From assembly GCA_048013815.1 (NCBI GenBank), contig CM106585.1, forward strand, positions 11,718,001-11,782,000: a stretch of 64,000 nt of DNA, given 5' to 3'. Made by a program: the position numbers and the translations under genes. This DNA is from Setoptus koraiensis. Its lineage: Eukaryota; Animalia; Arthropoda. This document shows positions 1 through 11,400 of the stretch, one piece after another; position 1 is the stretch's first letter; the number at the start of each line of letters is the position of its first letter. The notes under the pieces are model-generated. The model did not search any database. It was not told where the DNA came from and saw only the letters and a list, made by a program, of their open reading frames with translations.

Positions 1-180
1 CACACGCTCATTTTGAAACATGATTTTTAGTGACGTTGACACCACAATGCGCATCATATGTTTTCTCCATTAGCTATGAACTGTGCAAGATTTGTTGATT
101 ACTCTGCGGACAACAATAACAACACGATAATAAACACCATGGATTGTCGTTGACATCCTATGACCTGCTACAATATTATA

Positions 181-290
181 ATATTACAAACCAATAATAA
201 TAATATCACAAACAAATAATAATAATATTACAAACCAATAATAATAATATTACAAACAAATAATAATAATATTACAAACTAATAATAATA
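181..290. repeat. 22-bp AT-rich tandem repeat, 5 copies (ATATTACAAACCAATAATAATA), ending 16 nt before the Tak1 ATG
   Basis: Units read directly at 181, 203, 225, 247 and 269, with 1-2 substitutions each. Confidence 0.95.
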
Positions 291-306
291 TAAATTTATT
301 ACTAAC

Positions 307-1494
307 ATGCCTCGATTTAACCAACACCTCCCGTCACCCGTGTCGCCAATGGACCAATTCGTTGAAGAGATAAGCCCAAAGGATCTTAAATTATTCGAGG
401 CGATAGGACGCGGCAGTTATGGCACTGTGCGGATAGGGATTTGGAAAAAAAGGACGGTAGCCGTCAAAATATTCCAAACGGCGGAGGAAAGGGAATCATT
501 TGAGGTTGAAGTTCAACAGTTGTCCTGCGTAAAACACCCAAACATTATCACTCTTTATGGTGCCTGCACCAAGAACCTACCCGCCTACCTGGTTATGGAA
601 TATGCCGAGAGCGGCAGCCTGAACCACCTCCTGCATGAGACGGCAAATCCATATGATTTAAATAACGCACTCAGTTGGGCCCTTCAGACGGCTAAAGGCG
701 TTGCCTATCTACATAATATGAAACCAAAACCAATCATGCATCGCGACCTTAAACCCGCCAACTTATTATTATTTTCAGGCGGCAGTATACTAAAAATTTG
801 CGACTTTGGAACCGCCTGTGCCGTCAGGACTCAAATGACTAACAACACCGGATCAGCCAGTTACATGGCGCCGGAGGTGTTCAAGACCTCAAGCTACCAT
901 GAGAAGTGTGATGTCTTTAGCTGGGCAATAGTACTGTGGGAAGTGTTGGCCAGGCGGAGGCCGTTTTGTAATAATGACGACGCAAACATTAATCCATATC
1001 AGATTATGTGGGCGATCAACAGCGGCGAACGGCCCAAGTCTCTGGAAAACTGTCCAGATGTGATAGAAAATCTGATGCAAAGGTCGTGGGCGGTTGAGCC
1101 CACAACCAGGCCCTCCATGATTGATATTGTTGAAGAAATGAAATATATATGCACACTACTTGGTCAATATTCGGATACCATCGACCATCTTATCGTAAGC
1201 CCTCACAAGAAATTGGATCCAAGTTTCAAGCCCATACCTCCCGATGGTGTGGATCATGAGTCGTTGATGTTATTCCGTCAGCAAAACAGATACAATAGTG
1301 AATATCTACGATTGACGCTCGAGGAGGAGATGCTAAAAGAACGCGACCTTTATCTAGACTCGATAGAAATAAATAGTGACGACAAAGAGTTTGCTCGACT
1401 TAGAGATGACATCAAAACACTGAGAAAGAGGAAATCGTCTATGATCGAACAATTCGACACTTTGAGGGAAGTGGATGGTTGGACGTTCGTATGA
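307..1494 (+). CDS. Tak1: TGF-beta-activated kinase 1 (MAP3K7), intronless, 395 aa
   Basis: Kinase motifs GRGSYG, VAVK, HRDLKPANLLL and DFGTAC..MTNNTGSASYMAPEVF (TAK1 canonical MTNNKGSAAWMAPEVF). The C-terminal segment DHESLMLFRQQNRYNSEYLRL resembles the TAB2/3-binding coiled coil. Confidence 0.92.
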   Translation: MPRFNQHLPSPVSPMDQFVEEISPKDLKLFEAIGRGSYGTVRIGIWKKRTVAVKIFQTAEERESFEVEVQQLSCVKHPNIITLYGACTKNLPAYLVMEYAESGSLNHLLHETANPYDLNNALSWALQTAKGVAYLHNMKPKPIMHRDLKPANLLLFSGGSILKICDFGTACAVRTQMTNNTGSASYMAPEVFKTSSYHEKCDVFSWAIVLWEVLARRRPFCNNDDANINPYQIMWAINSGERPKSLENCPDVIENLMQRSWAVEPTTRPSMIDIVEEMKYICTLLGQYSDTIDHLIVSPHKKLDPSFKPIPPDGVDHESLMLFRQQNRYNSEYLRLTLEEEMLKERDLYLDSIEINSDDKEFARLRDDIKTLRKRKSSMIEQFDTLREVDGWTFV

Positions 1495-2004
1495 AGGATA
1501 AATTTTTATACAATTATCACCTCGTTGATTTCAATTTTTAAATTAAAGCTCATTATATTGAGTTTCATTTATTCAGTCATTTAGTCGACAACAATGCACT
1601 CAAAATATTTTTTAGACATTAATCACACATTACACTATTTCGAAATGTAGAATTGATTGCGTGTGGTGGACCATAGATATTGATAAACTTTCGTGGGTGA
1701 TAATGGATAATGATAGGTGTAATATCTGACTACGGTAGTTGAATTATCTGATGGTTATCGAAACAAGAACCAGCGATCATTTGACTTGGTTACAACCTAG
1801 TTAGAACTGCTGGAGTGATCGAGTTAATTATTGAGGGCAACGTTCAAACCGAGAAAATCACTTTTATCAGTTCCACTTTCATCAGTGGATACGCATAGGC
1901 AATTATCTAACTTTTTGTTAGTGTTTCCGCTATTTAATGATTGGTAGTACAACATAAAAATCGACTATTAACAACTAAATTAGAAATATATTCAATATCT
2001 CAAT

Positions 2005-4700
2005 ATGATTGAAATAGACTTGGACAATACTAAGACAAACAATGGCGATAGTCTGGCCCTACCTAAGATACTCAAGCCAGTTCGGTACTATGTAATACTA
2101 TTTGCACTTATTAGTCCATTTGTTGTTTCATATTCTAGAACAATAATAAACTTTGCCATAATTGATATGATAGATCCAACAGTAGACACAGTGATAGTGA
2201 CTAATGAATCGGATCCACCTGAACAGAGCGGCGAAGATCCGTATTCAGAGGAGACGGATTTGCCAATAATTGATAGTATTGATACAAATTCAGTGCCATT
2301 ATTCGACATAGACAATTCCTGCCTTGTCAGTGACGAAGATCGTGAAGGTTCAAAGTTAGATATCTCGGATAAACATAGTAATAGTAATAGTGAATCAGGC
2401 AACAATAGGACTTTCAGCAAAGATTTCAAATCTAATGGACAAAAGTTCAAATGGGACAGCGATCTGCAAGGTAATCTAATCAACTGAACGCTGACTTTTA
2501 GCGGAAAAAAACGGATAGAAGCTATTCAATATGATGTAATCCAAAAACTTTGCTTTGCTCAACAAACATCTACTCCAAATACATACACTGATTAATGATC
2601 GACACTTGGATCTTGGCTTTTTCCAGGTCTTCTGAAGGCCGCCTACGCGATTGGTCACGCTCCTCTACAAATATCAGGTAATGAATGCATTATTGGTATA
2701 ACAACAGATATTTGCAGGTGATGATCAGCATCAATATTTTGCAAACTTTTGTTGACTAATCTTATCCTTGTCAATCTGATGTCATGATGTCATGATGTCA
2801 ATTCTTCAATCTACAATCATCTAGGTGGAAGACTATCGGAAATGTATGGATCACGTTGGGTGATGGGCTTCTGTTCGTTAGCCATTGGATTGTTATGTTT
2901 TGTAGCGCCAGTATTAGCCTCAATTAATTTCTACTTGTTATTCTCAGATTTAATATTAGTAGGCACGTTTGGAAGTTTCATGACTCCTGCCATTTTTACA
3001 TTATTTTCACGTTGGCTGACTCCAGGTGAAAAATCATTATTTGTCTCATTTTACATGGTGGCTAGTCGACTCGGGTTTGGTTTAAGTTCTCTCATATGTG
3101 GACAAATGTTCAAGTTGGGCTACTCATGGCGACATGTTTATTTTTCTTCCGGTGAGTGGCTCAAAGATACAAGACTAAAGATAGGAGATAAAGAGTTATC
3201 GTACATAGAATTTATAACACCCTGATGATAGATAAGTGTCGTCTATCGGCATCTTGAGGTGCCATTTAGCTGACGATCTGATTGAGATCTGATTTAGCGA
3301 TGCTTAAATTACGCAACAGGTAGGTGTTTTCATCTGAGTCAATGATTACTAAACTAATTATCCGTCAAATCATTCTCGAATCGTCGTTTAAATTAGGCCT
3401 TTTCAGTGGCGCTTATGCCTTGGCATTTATGTTGTTTGTTCGTAGCAGACCTCAAGATCATCCCATGGTCACTGATACGGAATTGAACCACTTGGCCTCA
3501 AAGAATCCCATTCTGCTGCAAGAAATAACCGAAACAAAAAAGCAACAACAAGACGACAGAGCTGACAAATTATCTAATCAATCAGACAATCGCTCGATGT
3601 CTACAAAGAATGCGAAGGATAAAAAGAAAAAAGCGCCAGCGCCATGGTTTGCAATACTGAGCTCTGTTCCGGTTTGGGCATTTGTGATAACGAAATTCTG
3701 CGTTAAATTATCAGGCGACGCCATCTCCATTGAGTTGCCAGTATACTTACAGAAAGTTATGCATTATCCTAACGGAACAAACGGATTGGTTAACGCGATC
3801 AATTATGGTGTCTTTTGTGTTGGTTCAGCGTCAATTGGTTCATTGTCTAAATATCTAATCAAGAATCGTCCATTTGGGATGAGTAAAACTGCAATTCGAA
3901 AGACATTTCAATCGATAGGTTCATTCACTGTCGGATCGGCGTTGTTTCTTATGGCTTTATCTGTTTGCAATAGATGGGCTACAGAATTGATGCTTCTAGT
4001 GATAATGTTCTTCACGACATTTGGAGCCGGCGGAGAAATTCAATCTCCCTTGGACTTGTCAAATCGTTACTCTGGCACGATACATGCTATAGCGAGTACA
4101 GCAGCAATAACAGGTGAGTTCATCTGGCGACCTATAATTCGAGTCAATATCAATAGATTGGGCGCTACAGCTACAATTGATCTCTGCTTATATCTGACTC
4201 CAATCTCCTCTCGACTCATATCATATGAAACAATCGCAAACAAACAAACAAATCAAAAACAAAATCATCAAGGCATCATCGAGCCAACATTCGTTGGTAT
4301 ATTTATGAAAGGCCACCAAGCTGATCACAACAATTGGAGAAGAATCTGGATGGGTGCATCGGCGATCTCGTTCTTAGGAGGTTTCGTGTTTTTGTTCTTT
4401 GCTGACGCTAATATACAGCCGTTCGATTCAATTGAGTACGATGAAAGAGGACGCAGAATAAAAACCTCTGTTAGTATGAAAATAAACAAGACAATGCATG
4501 AAAAGAAAGAGATTGGCAAAGACGAACCAATAATGAGGCCGACTTATCGAAAAACTGATATAGACTCAGTGCCAGTGGTGGTAATTTCAACCAGTCCAGA
4601 TGCACGAGATGCAAATGATGATCCAATCAATAACACAGAGGAAGATACTGTAGCTAAATGTAGTTCAAGCACAACAAATAATGATTCAAGTCACGAATAA
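2005..4700 (+). CDS. SLC17-family (sialin/VGLUT/Na-Pi-like) MFS transporter, 5 exons, about 662 aa
   Basis: Predicted exons 2005-2470, 2627-2677, 2825-3151, 3397-4113 and 4273-4700, all GT-AG and phase-consistent (1989 nt). Motifs: KFKWDSDLQG, GGRLSEMYGSRW, FSRWLTPGEKS, PWFAILSSVPVWA, LPVYLQKVMHY, PLDLSNRYSGTIHAI, WRRIW. Confidence 0.85.
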
Positions 4701-5060
4701 AGCAAATGTATTCAATATTATAAATGAACTTGTATTAAGAATATAACATTTCCAAGTGCCACAAACATCGAAGACATTTCCGAGATTGTTGCAAAGCGAT
4801 TTTCCCTCTTCAATGGTTATGGCACTAGCATGAAACTGACTATTCTGGGTCCATTAGTTCTGAGATTAATCAAGAAGTGTTCACTAATACATATAGGACG
4901 CTTTTTCATCAAGTGAATCAATTAAAAGAGGCACCTAGTTAGAATTACGTATGGTGGTCCGGTAAACATTCGAGAGAGAGAGGTATCTCTGGACAAGATT
5001 GTTTTTGTTTACTATATTTCAAATATCGTTTTGAGTTGAAAGGTGATAATAAACTGTATG

Positions 5061-5942
5061 TCACTCACGGCCACCGAACATTTCACCACGGTATACATCA
5101 TATGAAAAGTTTCTGTTGATGTTGCTGGTCACTTTAGCCGACATAATTGAATTGTTCATGTCAGTTGAAGAATCAATCAGGCTCTTTCTGAGAATGTTTC
5201 GACTACTACTACTATTACTAGGTGTTGACGAATTGTTGATTTGAGATGGGTTGGTTGAGGATGTCGGTGAGTTTGATGATGATAATGATGATGTTGGTGT
5301 GCTCATTCTATTCAAACAATTATTTAGTTGATTTTGATCCACCATCTTACTAGACCTCAAACGAAGCCTTTCGTTCTCATAGATTTCATCGTCATCACTT
5401 GATTCTGGTGTCAGTCTGCCTTGAATTGTTGAGGTCTCTTGGATTTCCTTAGCTATCTTGGCCGCTAGTCTTTTTCTGTTTCTAGATTTGGTAGTCTTAT
5501 TAGAATTGTCCGGCAATGGTATGGTATAGTTTCTCGACATGGTTTTGTCATTGAACGCTGTGGTAACATTATGAATTTTTTCATTATACTTGAACATTTC
5601 ATCTGCACTCCAACCATTGGCATCATCTGTATCCATGAGTTCCCTATACAGGCTCTCGTCTCCAATTTTGTATCCCTCATCTTGCCATGTTTCCAGCTGT
5701 CGAAACTTAATAGATCCGTTATTATTTTTGTTATTAACATTATCATCAATTGTGTCATCGTCGCAGTTATTTTGTTGTGGTTGCTGTTGTGGTTGCTGTT
5801 GAAGTTGTGATTGTTGTTGCTCCTGCTGTTGTTGAATTTGTTGTTGTTGCCTTTGCATTGAGGCGGCTGCGGCGGCAAACAAGGCTGCCAGGGCATTGCC
5901 TCCGGTTGCTGGCCTCACGGTAGCTGACGATGGGGCGGCCAT
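5061..5942 (-). CDS. Atx2: Ataxin-2-like protein with polyQ and LsmAD domain only, 293 aa (last codons may be replaced by splicing at the GTGAGT donor, 5068)
   Basis: FRQLETWQD...DDANGWSADEMFKYNEKIHNVTTAF...YTIPL matches the ataxin-2 LsmAD signature (RELxPW...NGWDxxEMFxxNE..GVxSTF...YT). N-terminal poly-A/poly-Q tract present. Confidence 0.7.
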   Translation of the reverse strand: MAAPSSATVRPATGGNALAALFAAAAASMQRQQQQIQQQQEQQQSQLQQQPQQQPQQNNCDDDTIDDNVNNKNNNGSIKFRQLETWQDEGYKIGDESLYRELMDTDDANGWSADEMFKYNEKIHNVTTAFNDKTMSRNYTIPLPDNSNKTTKSRNRKRLAAKIAKEIQETSTIQGRLTPESSDDDEIYENERLRLRSSKMVDQNQLNNCLNRMSTPTSSLSSSNSPTSSTNPSQINNSSTPSNSSSSRNILRKSLIDSSTDMNNSIMSAKVTSNINRNFSYDVYRGEMFGGRE

Positions 5943-6818
5943 CGTATGTTGTCGTCTAGGTTTGTTGGCGATGAAAATTGTCTAATGTGTTTGTTGATAT
6001 ATATTTCAGATGAACAACAATAACATGGTGTCATTCACAGACAGTAATAGCGATGGTAAAAATTCTCTGAGATACTCTGATTGGGTATCGTCATAATAAT
6101 AATAGCTTCAATTATCTATATCTAAAATGATAATCTACACGAATGTGATAATGAACAACAAAAATTACTGCTGGTAAATAACAAATCCATATAGGGTGGC
6201 TGCGTGTAAAATGGCACAATACTGAATTGTTGTGTGTTTTTGTGTAAAAAAAATGTGCGTAGTTTGCAATTTACACTGCAGGCGTCACTCTGGTTGCACG
6301 CAGCGAGTGGCGAATGTGAAACAAATGAGCTCCCTCTATGCGTGCCACAGACACTACAACTGGGAATTGCTGTTGTTTCACGCAAGATTGTGAACAGAAA
6401 AATAGAACAGAGAAGTGGATCGGTTACAAGTTGTGCGGTGACGCGATTGTGTCAGCGTCAGTCATGGATTCCATCTAACAGGTATTTTAGTGCAAAATTG
6501 AGTCGCAATTGCACAAAACTCAATATTGTGCGTCACAGTGTTCCTGCGATGCATTGTGTAAGCCGGAGTGTAGAAGAATTCAGTGCAGTGCCGCAGTTCA
6601 CGAAGCCACTCCATGGTTGCGAACACACACACACACACAGACCAACCAATTCTGCTTCTCAATGCGCAAACACTTGAACAATGGCGCATTAACACACACG
6701 CAGTTAGCGATGGGCACTTGCAACAGCGACAAGGCTTGTCGGTTATCAGTCGTCCTGCAGGCTGCAGCAGCTTGTGCGCGTATTAAACTGCGCTGTTGAG
6801 CTGGCCCGTCGCGCAATG

Positions 6819-6855
6819 GACTCACTTGTGAGTCGGCCGGACTCACAAGTGAGTC
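6819..6855. repeat. Perfect 16-bp inverted repeat (GACTCACTTGTGAGTC-ggccg-GACTCACAAGTGAGTC), each arm itself a near-palindrome
   Basis: Arms are exact reverse complements; read directly. Confidence 0.95.
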
Positions 6856-7288
6856 GCTCATCGCAGCTTTCACCGAGCTGCCGGACTTACAACTTGTGAG
6901 TTACAGTGTGAGTCCAACAGACACTGGCCCGATCAGCTGTATCAGGCACGGAGCTCACTGTTGTGCACACCGGCACAGAACGCTCGTGCGATTGTCTGTG
7001 CTGAGCTTGGTGGGCGCTTTGTTTGCGCACCAATTTGCTGGCTTTCGTTGTGTAAAGTGAGCTCAGATTCGGAGCCTCAGAGGCACAATCTGTGCTCCTG
7101 TGGCGCTCGCTGCTCATAACAGACAATGCACTGTGGAGGGCGCTTGCATCGGCCAGTTCAACAGGACACTTTCCATGGGGCCACTCCACGCTACAACTGC
7201 CTAATTATTAATTATTATCACCATTATTAATTATTTAAACTGACCTCGTTATTTAAACCTGCGTTGACTGACTGCCCCAATCAACGCT

Positions 7289-8191
7289 ATGGTGAAACAA
7301 TATGTGGCACCAAAATGCAACCAGGCTTTCCTAAAGGCCAATCTGGCCAATAATGTCCGTGTTGATGGTAGGCACGCACAGGATTATAGAGAGTTGAATC
7401 TCGCATTTGGACCCGATTATGGATGCTGTTTGGCCTCGTTGGGCAACACCAAAGTGCTGGCACAAGTTTCGGCCTCCATTGGTGAACCTAGAATGACCAG
7501 GCCCTCCGAGGGCATAGTCGAGATACGTGTCGATCTGTCGCCAATGGCGTCGCCTCTTTTTGAATTCAGTTGGAGCTCGGAAGAGCACGTGGAGATAGCC
7601 CAACTATTAGACAGGGGAATAAAGGAGGCCAGATGTCTCGATTTAGAGTCGCTGTGTCTGATTAGTGGCGATAAAGTTTGGCACATTCACATTGATTTGA
7701 CTGTAATAAATCAAGAGGGCAATATAATCGAGGCCGCTTCAGTTGCCGCACTAACCGCCTTGGCTCACCATCGGAGACCCGACGTTACTATTGAAGATGG
7801 ACAAGTCGTAATACATTCATTTGAGGATAAAAATCCATTACAATTCACCATTTTACATCGACCATTCCTAACAAAATTTGTCTTCTTTGACAACGGCAAC
7901 ATAACTCTATGCGATCCGATAGAGGAGGAAGAGAAAAGTTGCGAGGGCTATCTAATTATTGGTGCCAACACGTATAGAGAAATAACGCTGACAAATATAT
8001 CTGGTAAATCAATGGTGTCTAAAGAGAAAATAATATCCCAGTATAGCCAAGCTTTGAAAAGGACCAACCAAATAAATGAAATAGTGAAGAAGGCGCTTGA
8101 GTTTGACAAAACTGAACGTAATAGAGCCTATGAATTACGCCAACCCTACTCTGGTACAATATTCACATCGCTCGCTACTTGTTATAAATAG
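7289..8191 (+). CDS. Rrp45: Exosome complex component RRP45 (EXOSC9), intronless, 300 aa
   Basis: RNase PH fold motifs RVDGR...DYR, LGNTKVLAQVS, EARCLDLESLCLISGDKVWHIHIDL, EGNIIEAASVAALTALAHHRRPDV. Confidence 0.93.
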   Translation: MVKQYVAPKCNQAFLKANLANNVRVDGRHAQDYRELNLAFGPDYGCCLASLGNTKVLAQVSASIGEPRMTRPSEGIVEIRVDLSPMASPLFEFSWSSEEHVEIAQLLDRGIKEARCLDLESLCLISGDKVWHIHIDLTVINQEGNIIEAASVAALTALAHHRRPDVTIEDGQVVIHSFEDKNPLQFTILHRPFLTKFVFFDNGNITLCDPIEEEEKSCEGYLIIGANTYREITLTNISGKSMVSKEKIISQYSQALKRTNQINEIVKKALEFDKTERNRAYELRQPYSGTIFTSLATCYK

Positions 8192-8426
8192 ATTCATTAT
8201 TTAGACTCTATTACAAACACAGACAAACTACTATTCTATTTTTATTATGAAAATACAAATGACCAGAGGAATAAAAAACAAACCCTTACGACGTCACACA
8301 CTAAAAATATTGTTATTATTATGATCAATCTTGTGATCTTACACTATTCTATTGCATCATGCCTTTACTATAGATCGATCAACACTGACGGCATAGGAAA
8401 ATATTTATCTTCTCATCTGCAATGGA

Positions 8427-11400
8427 TTAATATTCAAGAATGTCAGACAGGATCTTTTTCATGTTGTCCACTTCTTTCAAAACACTCTGACGCTCTATTT
8501 TCATGGCCTCCATTTCCGGTGCCATTGATCTGATGTATCTCTTGTAGGTTTCAGTTGTAGTAATGGTAGTTGAAGTCGTGGCCTTCGGCGATCTCGGGCC
8601 ACTACTATTGTCATTGTTGTCCAGCGTGCCATCTACTATTGTTGTGACCTCTAAAATAGAATTTTGCTTTGCATTATTTTGACTGTTTGGGTCTGCTGGA
8701 GAAATAACCCCGTTGATATCATTGTTGAGTAATGAAGTTGTGGCGGTGTTATTGTTAACTTGACTTTCAAGTCTGTCGCGCGATTGTCGCAATTGTTCCA
8801 CTTCTAGCTGGCATTGATTATGAAGCAATGTCATTTGTTTAATTTGTTGATTAAGTTGAGCTGTTAATTGTTTTTCTCTGGCCAGCTCTTCAAACAATTG
8901 CTTACGTTGCTTTTCGACATTCACAGTGTAGTCTTTTAATTTTTTAACATACTGACTATTGGCAATGATTTCTGGCGCTTTTCTCGGTTCGTTTATCATT
9001 GTTTGGTCCAAATTAATTGTTCCGTCTAGGAGTCTATTCATGTTGATTGGATTATTATCGTTAACCATATCCAGCGTGTTTGCAATGTCCTGAATGCAAG
9101 TATCTATACATTTGCCCAGCGACTCTTTGAGGATTTCGTTGTCTCTTTCGAGATCTCCCTGTTTCTTCAATGAATTGTCCACTTTCATCTGCAACAAGCT
9201 CTTTTCGTGTTTCTCCTCATCCAGGGTCTTGGCCAGATTTATCTTGGCCTCATTCAGTTGTTGTTTCAATTGTTCCAGAACTTGATCGCGACTTTGGCCA
9301 CTGGCACCGTTTGCCTTCGTGTCATCGGTGTCTCTATCACGACGGTTATAACGCGACGATTGTCCGCTACATTCGGCATCCGCTTGTTTATTGGCGCTGG
9401 ACTGTTGCTGATGTTTGAGTTTCGTCTGAAGTCGATTTAAGTCCTTCTGTTGCTCGGCCACAATTTTCTCCAAGCGAGCTATCTCAATGCTGGCACCGTG
9501 AACCAAATCTCTGGCAAGACTCGGCTGGCAGCTAAAATCTCTGAATTTACTCAGCTCTTGCTCTCTAGTTTGGTTGCCTCTGGCGCTACTACAACTGAGA
9601 AACTGGTCAGTTTGGGCCAGACGTTTGCCCGCCAACTCGAGCTGCTTTTCCGCTTTGTTCACCTTGATTGTTGCCAGTGATCTACTGAGCACCTGAGGTT
9701 TTGTTTTATTTGCATCGTTGGGCACTGTCACTTTAGCCGGGCTTGAAACAGCCGACGACGACGACGTCAACCTGTTTCCGTTGGAATCTTGCTCACTCCT
9801 CGCCGCCTTGTCTTGTTGCTCGCCATTGGCCTGTTGAGCCAGTTTTGTTTTCCTCGCCGGCACAGACGGTCTGGGGTGCTTCACCATGGCCTCGCCAAAT
9901 ATTGGAATCCATTGCAATTTATCACTAGGTTTCACTGGAGTGTGCTCTTGTCTGCTGTGGTCGTGCAGCTCCGGGGTGCCATGTTGGTTGGCTTGCCGGC
10001 TCAAATCGCTGCTGCTGCCCCTGAGACTACTCCTCGAATTGGAAAGATGCGACAGTGTGAGCTCGGACTTTGAGCGTTGCATCAAATTTGTGAGGCCTGT
10101 TGGCTGTTTGGGCCCAACAGCCGATTGAGCTTGAGGTTGGAACTTTCTCAGCTGACCAAAAGAGGCCAGATTTTGCTGACTAGAGCTTATTCGGCGCCTA
10201 TAATTTGGCTGCTGTTTGGTGGTTGGTGGCGTTATATTGCTGTTCACTTGTGATGCAACATGCTGATATCCGGTGAGAGCTTTGACGTCTCTGGCCAGAT
10301 TTGGATCCAATCGAGAGCTGTATGTTCTGGTGTTGTTGGCGGCTCGATTGCCTCCCACCAGGGGCCCATAATTCCATTGTTGTTTGTAGATTTGTGCCAA
10401 TTTGCGCTGTTGTTCCAATTTTTGCTCGCTCTTTCTCAGATCTACTATGCTCTGTTGGAGATCGTCAATGGTCTGCTCGAGTTGAACGCGTCTATTTCCC
10501 AGGGCCCTGTTGGCCGATCTGTGGGCCAGCGGCACAGTGGGGTCGTTGTTGTCGCTGACGACACTCGCTGGCTTGATGCGGCCAATGTCCAATTTGGCAA
10601 TTGTTTGCTCGGATTGGTGTTGCTGCTGGTGAGTGTTGTCAGAATAGTGGCGCCGTTGCTGCGAATTATTATTATTATTACTATGATTATTGGCGGAATA
10701 TTGGTGCTGAGATTGGCCAGGCACCGGAAGAAGATAGTCGTTGCGACTGCAGCAACCATCGCAAACCGAGCTCTTCCTGTCGCACAAACAATTCGGACAG
10801 TCGGCGCGACCCGTCAGCGGTCTCACCCGGGCCTCCTGTTGATTATCTGCGGTTTGTGCGCTGTCGGGCGGATGTGTTTGGCGGATATAGTTGCCGAAAA
10901 TATCCATCTGTGAGGCGATGCTTGCGGACGTAACGGGGACCGCTGTTTCGTTGCTGCTGCCCGGCTGGCTAACTCGTTGTGGTTGGACTGAGCGAGTGCT
11001 GAGGCCCGGCGAGTGGAACAGTGGCCCAGTGACAAGCGGTTGCGGCTGATGCACCGATTTGTGGCTCGACAGGCCCAAGTCTGCGGCAACTGTTGCGTAA
11101 GACTGTTGCGTTGATGTGGTTGTTGCGGGCGCCGGCAGTGGCGACGACAATGGCGACGCTGATGACGAAGTTGTGACAAATTTCACCTTGTTTCGTTTGA
11201 ATTTGGCCAGTTTGGCATTGATCAATTTTAGCTGTTTCTTGATGTGACTATTCTCTTGTTTCAAGCTTAGGTTGTCCTGCTCCAGGGACAGAGATTTCCG
11301 TTGCAACTGCAAATCGGGCCATTGCGATTCGCCGCTGTGCACCAGACCGGTTGTAGTCGGATAATTCAGTGATAATGGCTGCTGCTGTTGCGTCATTTGT

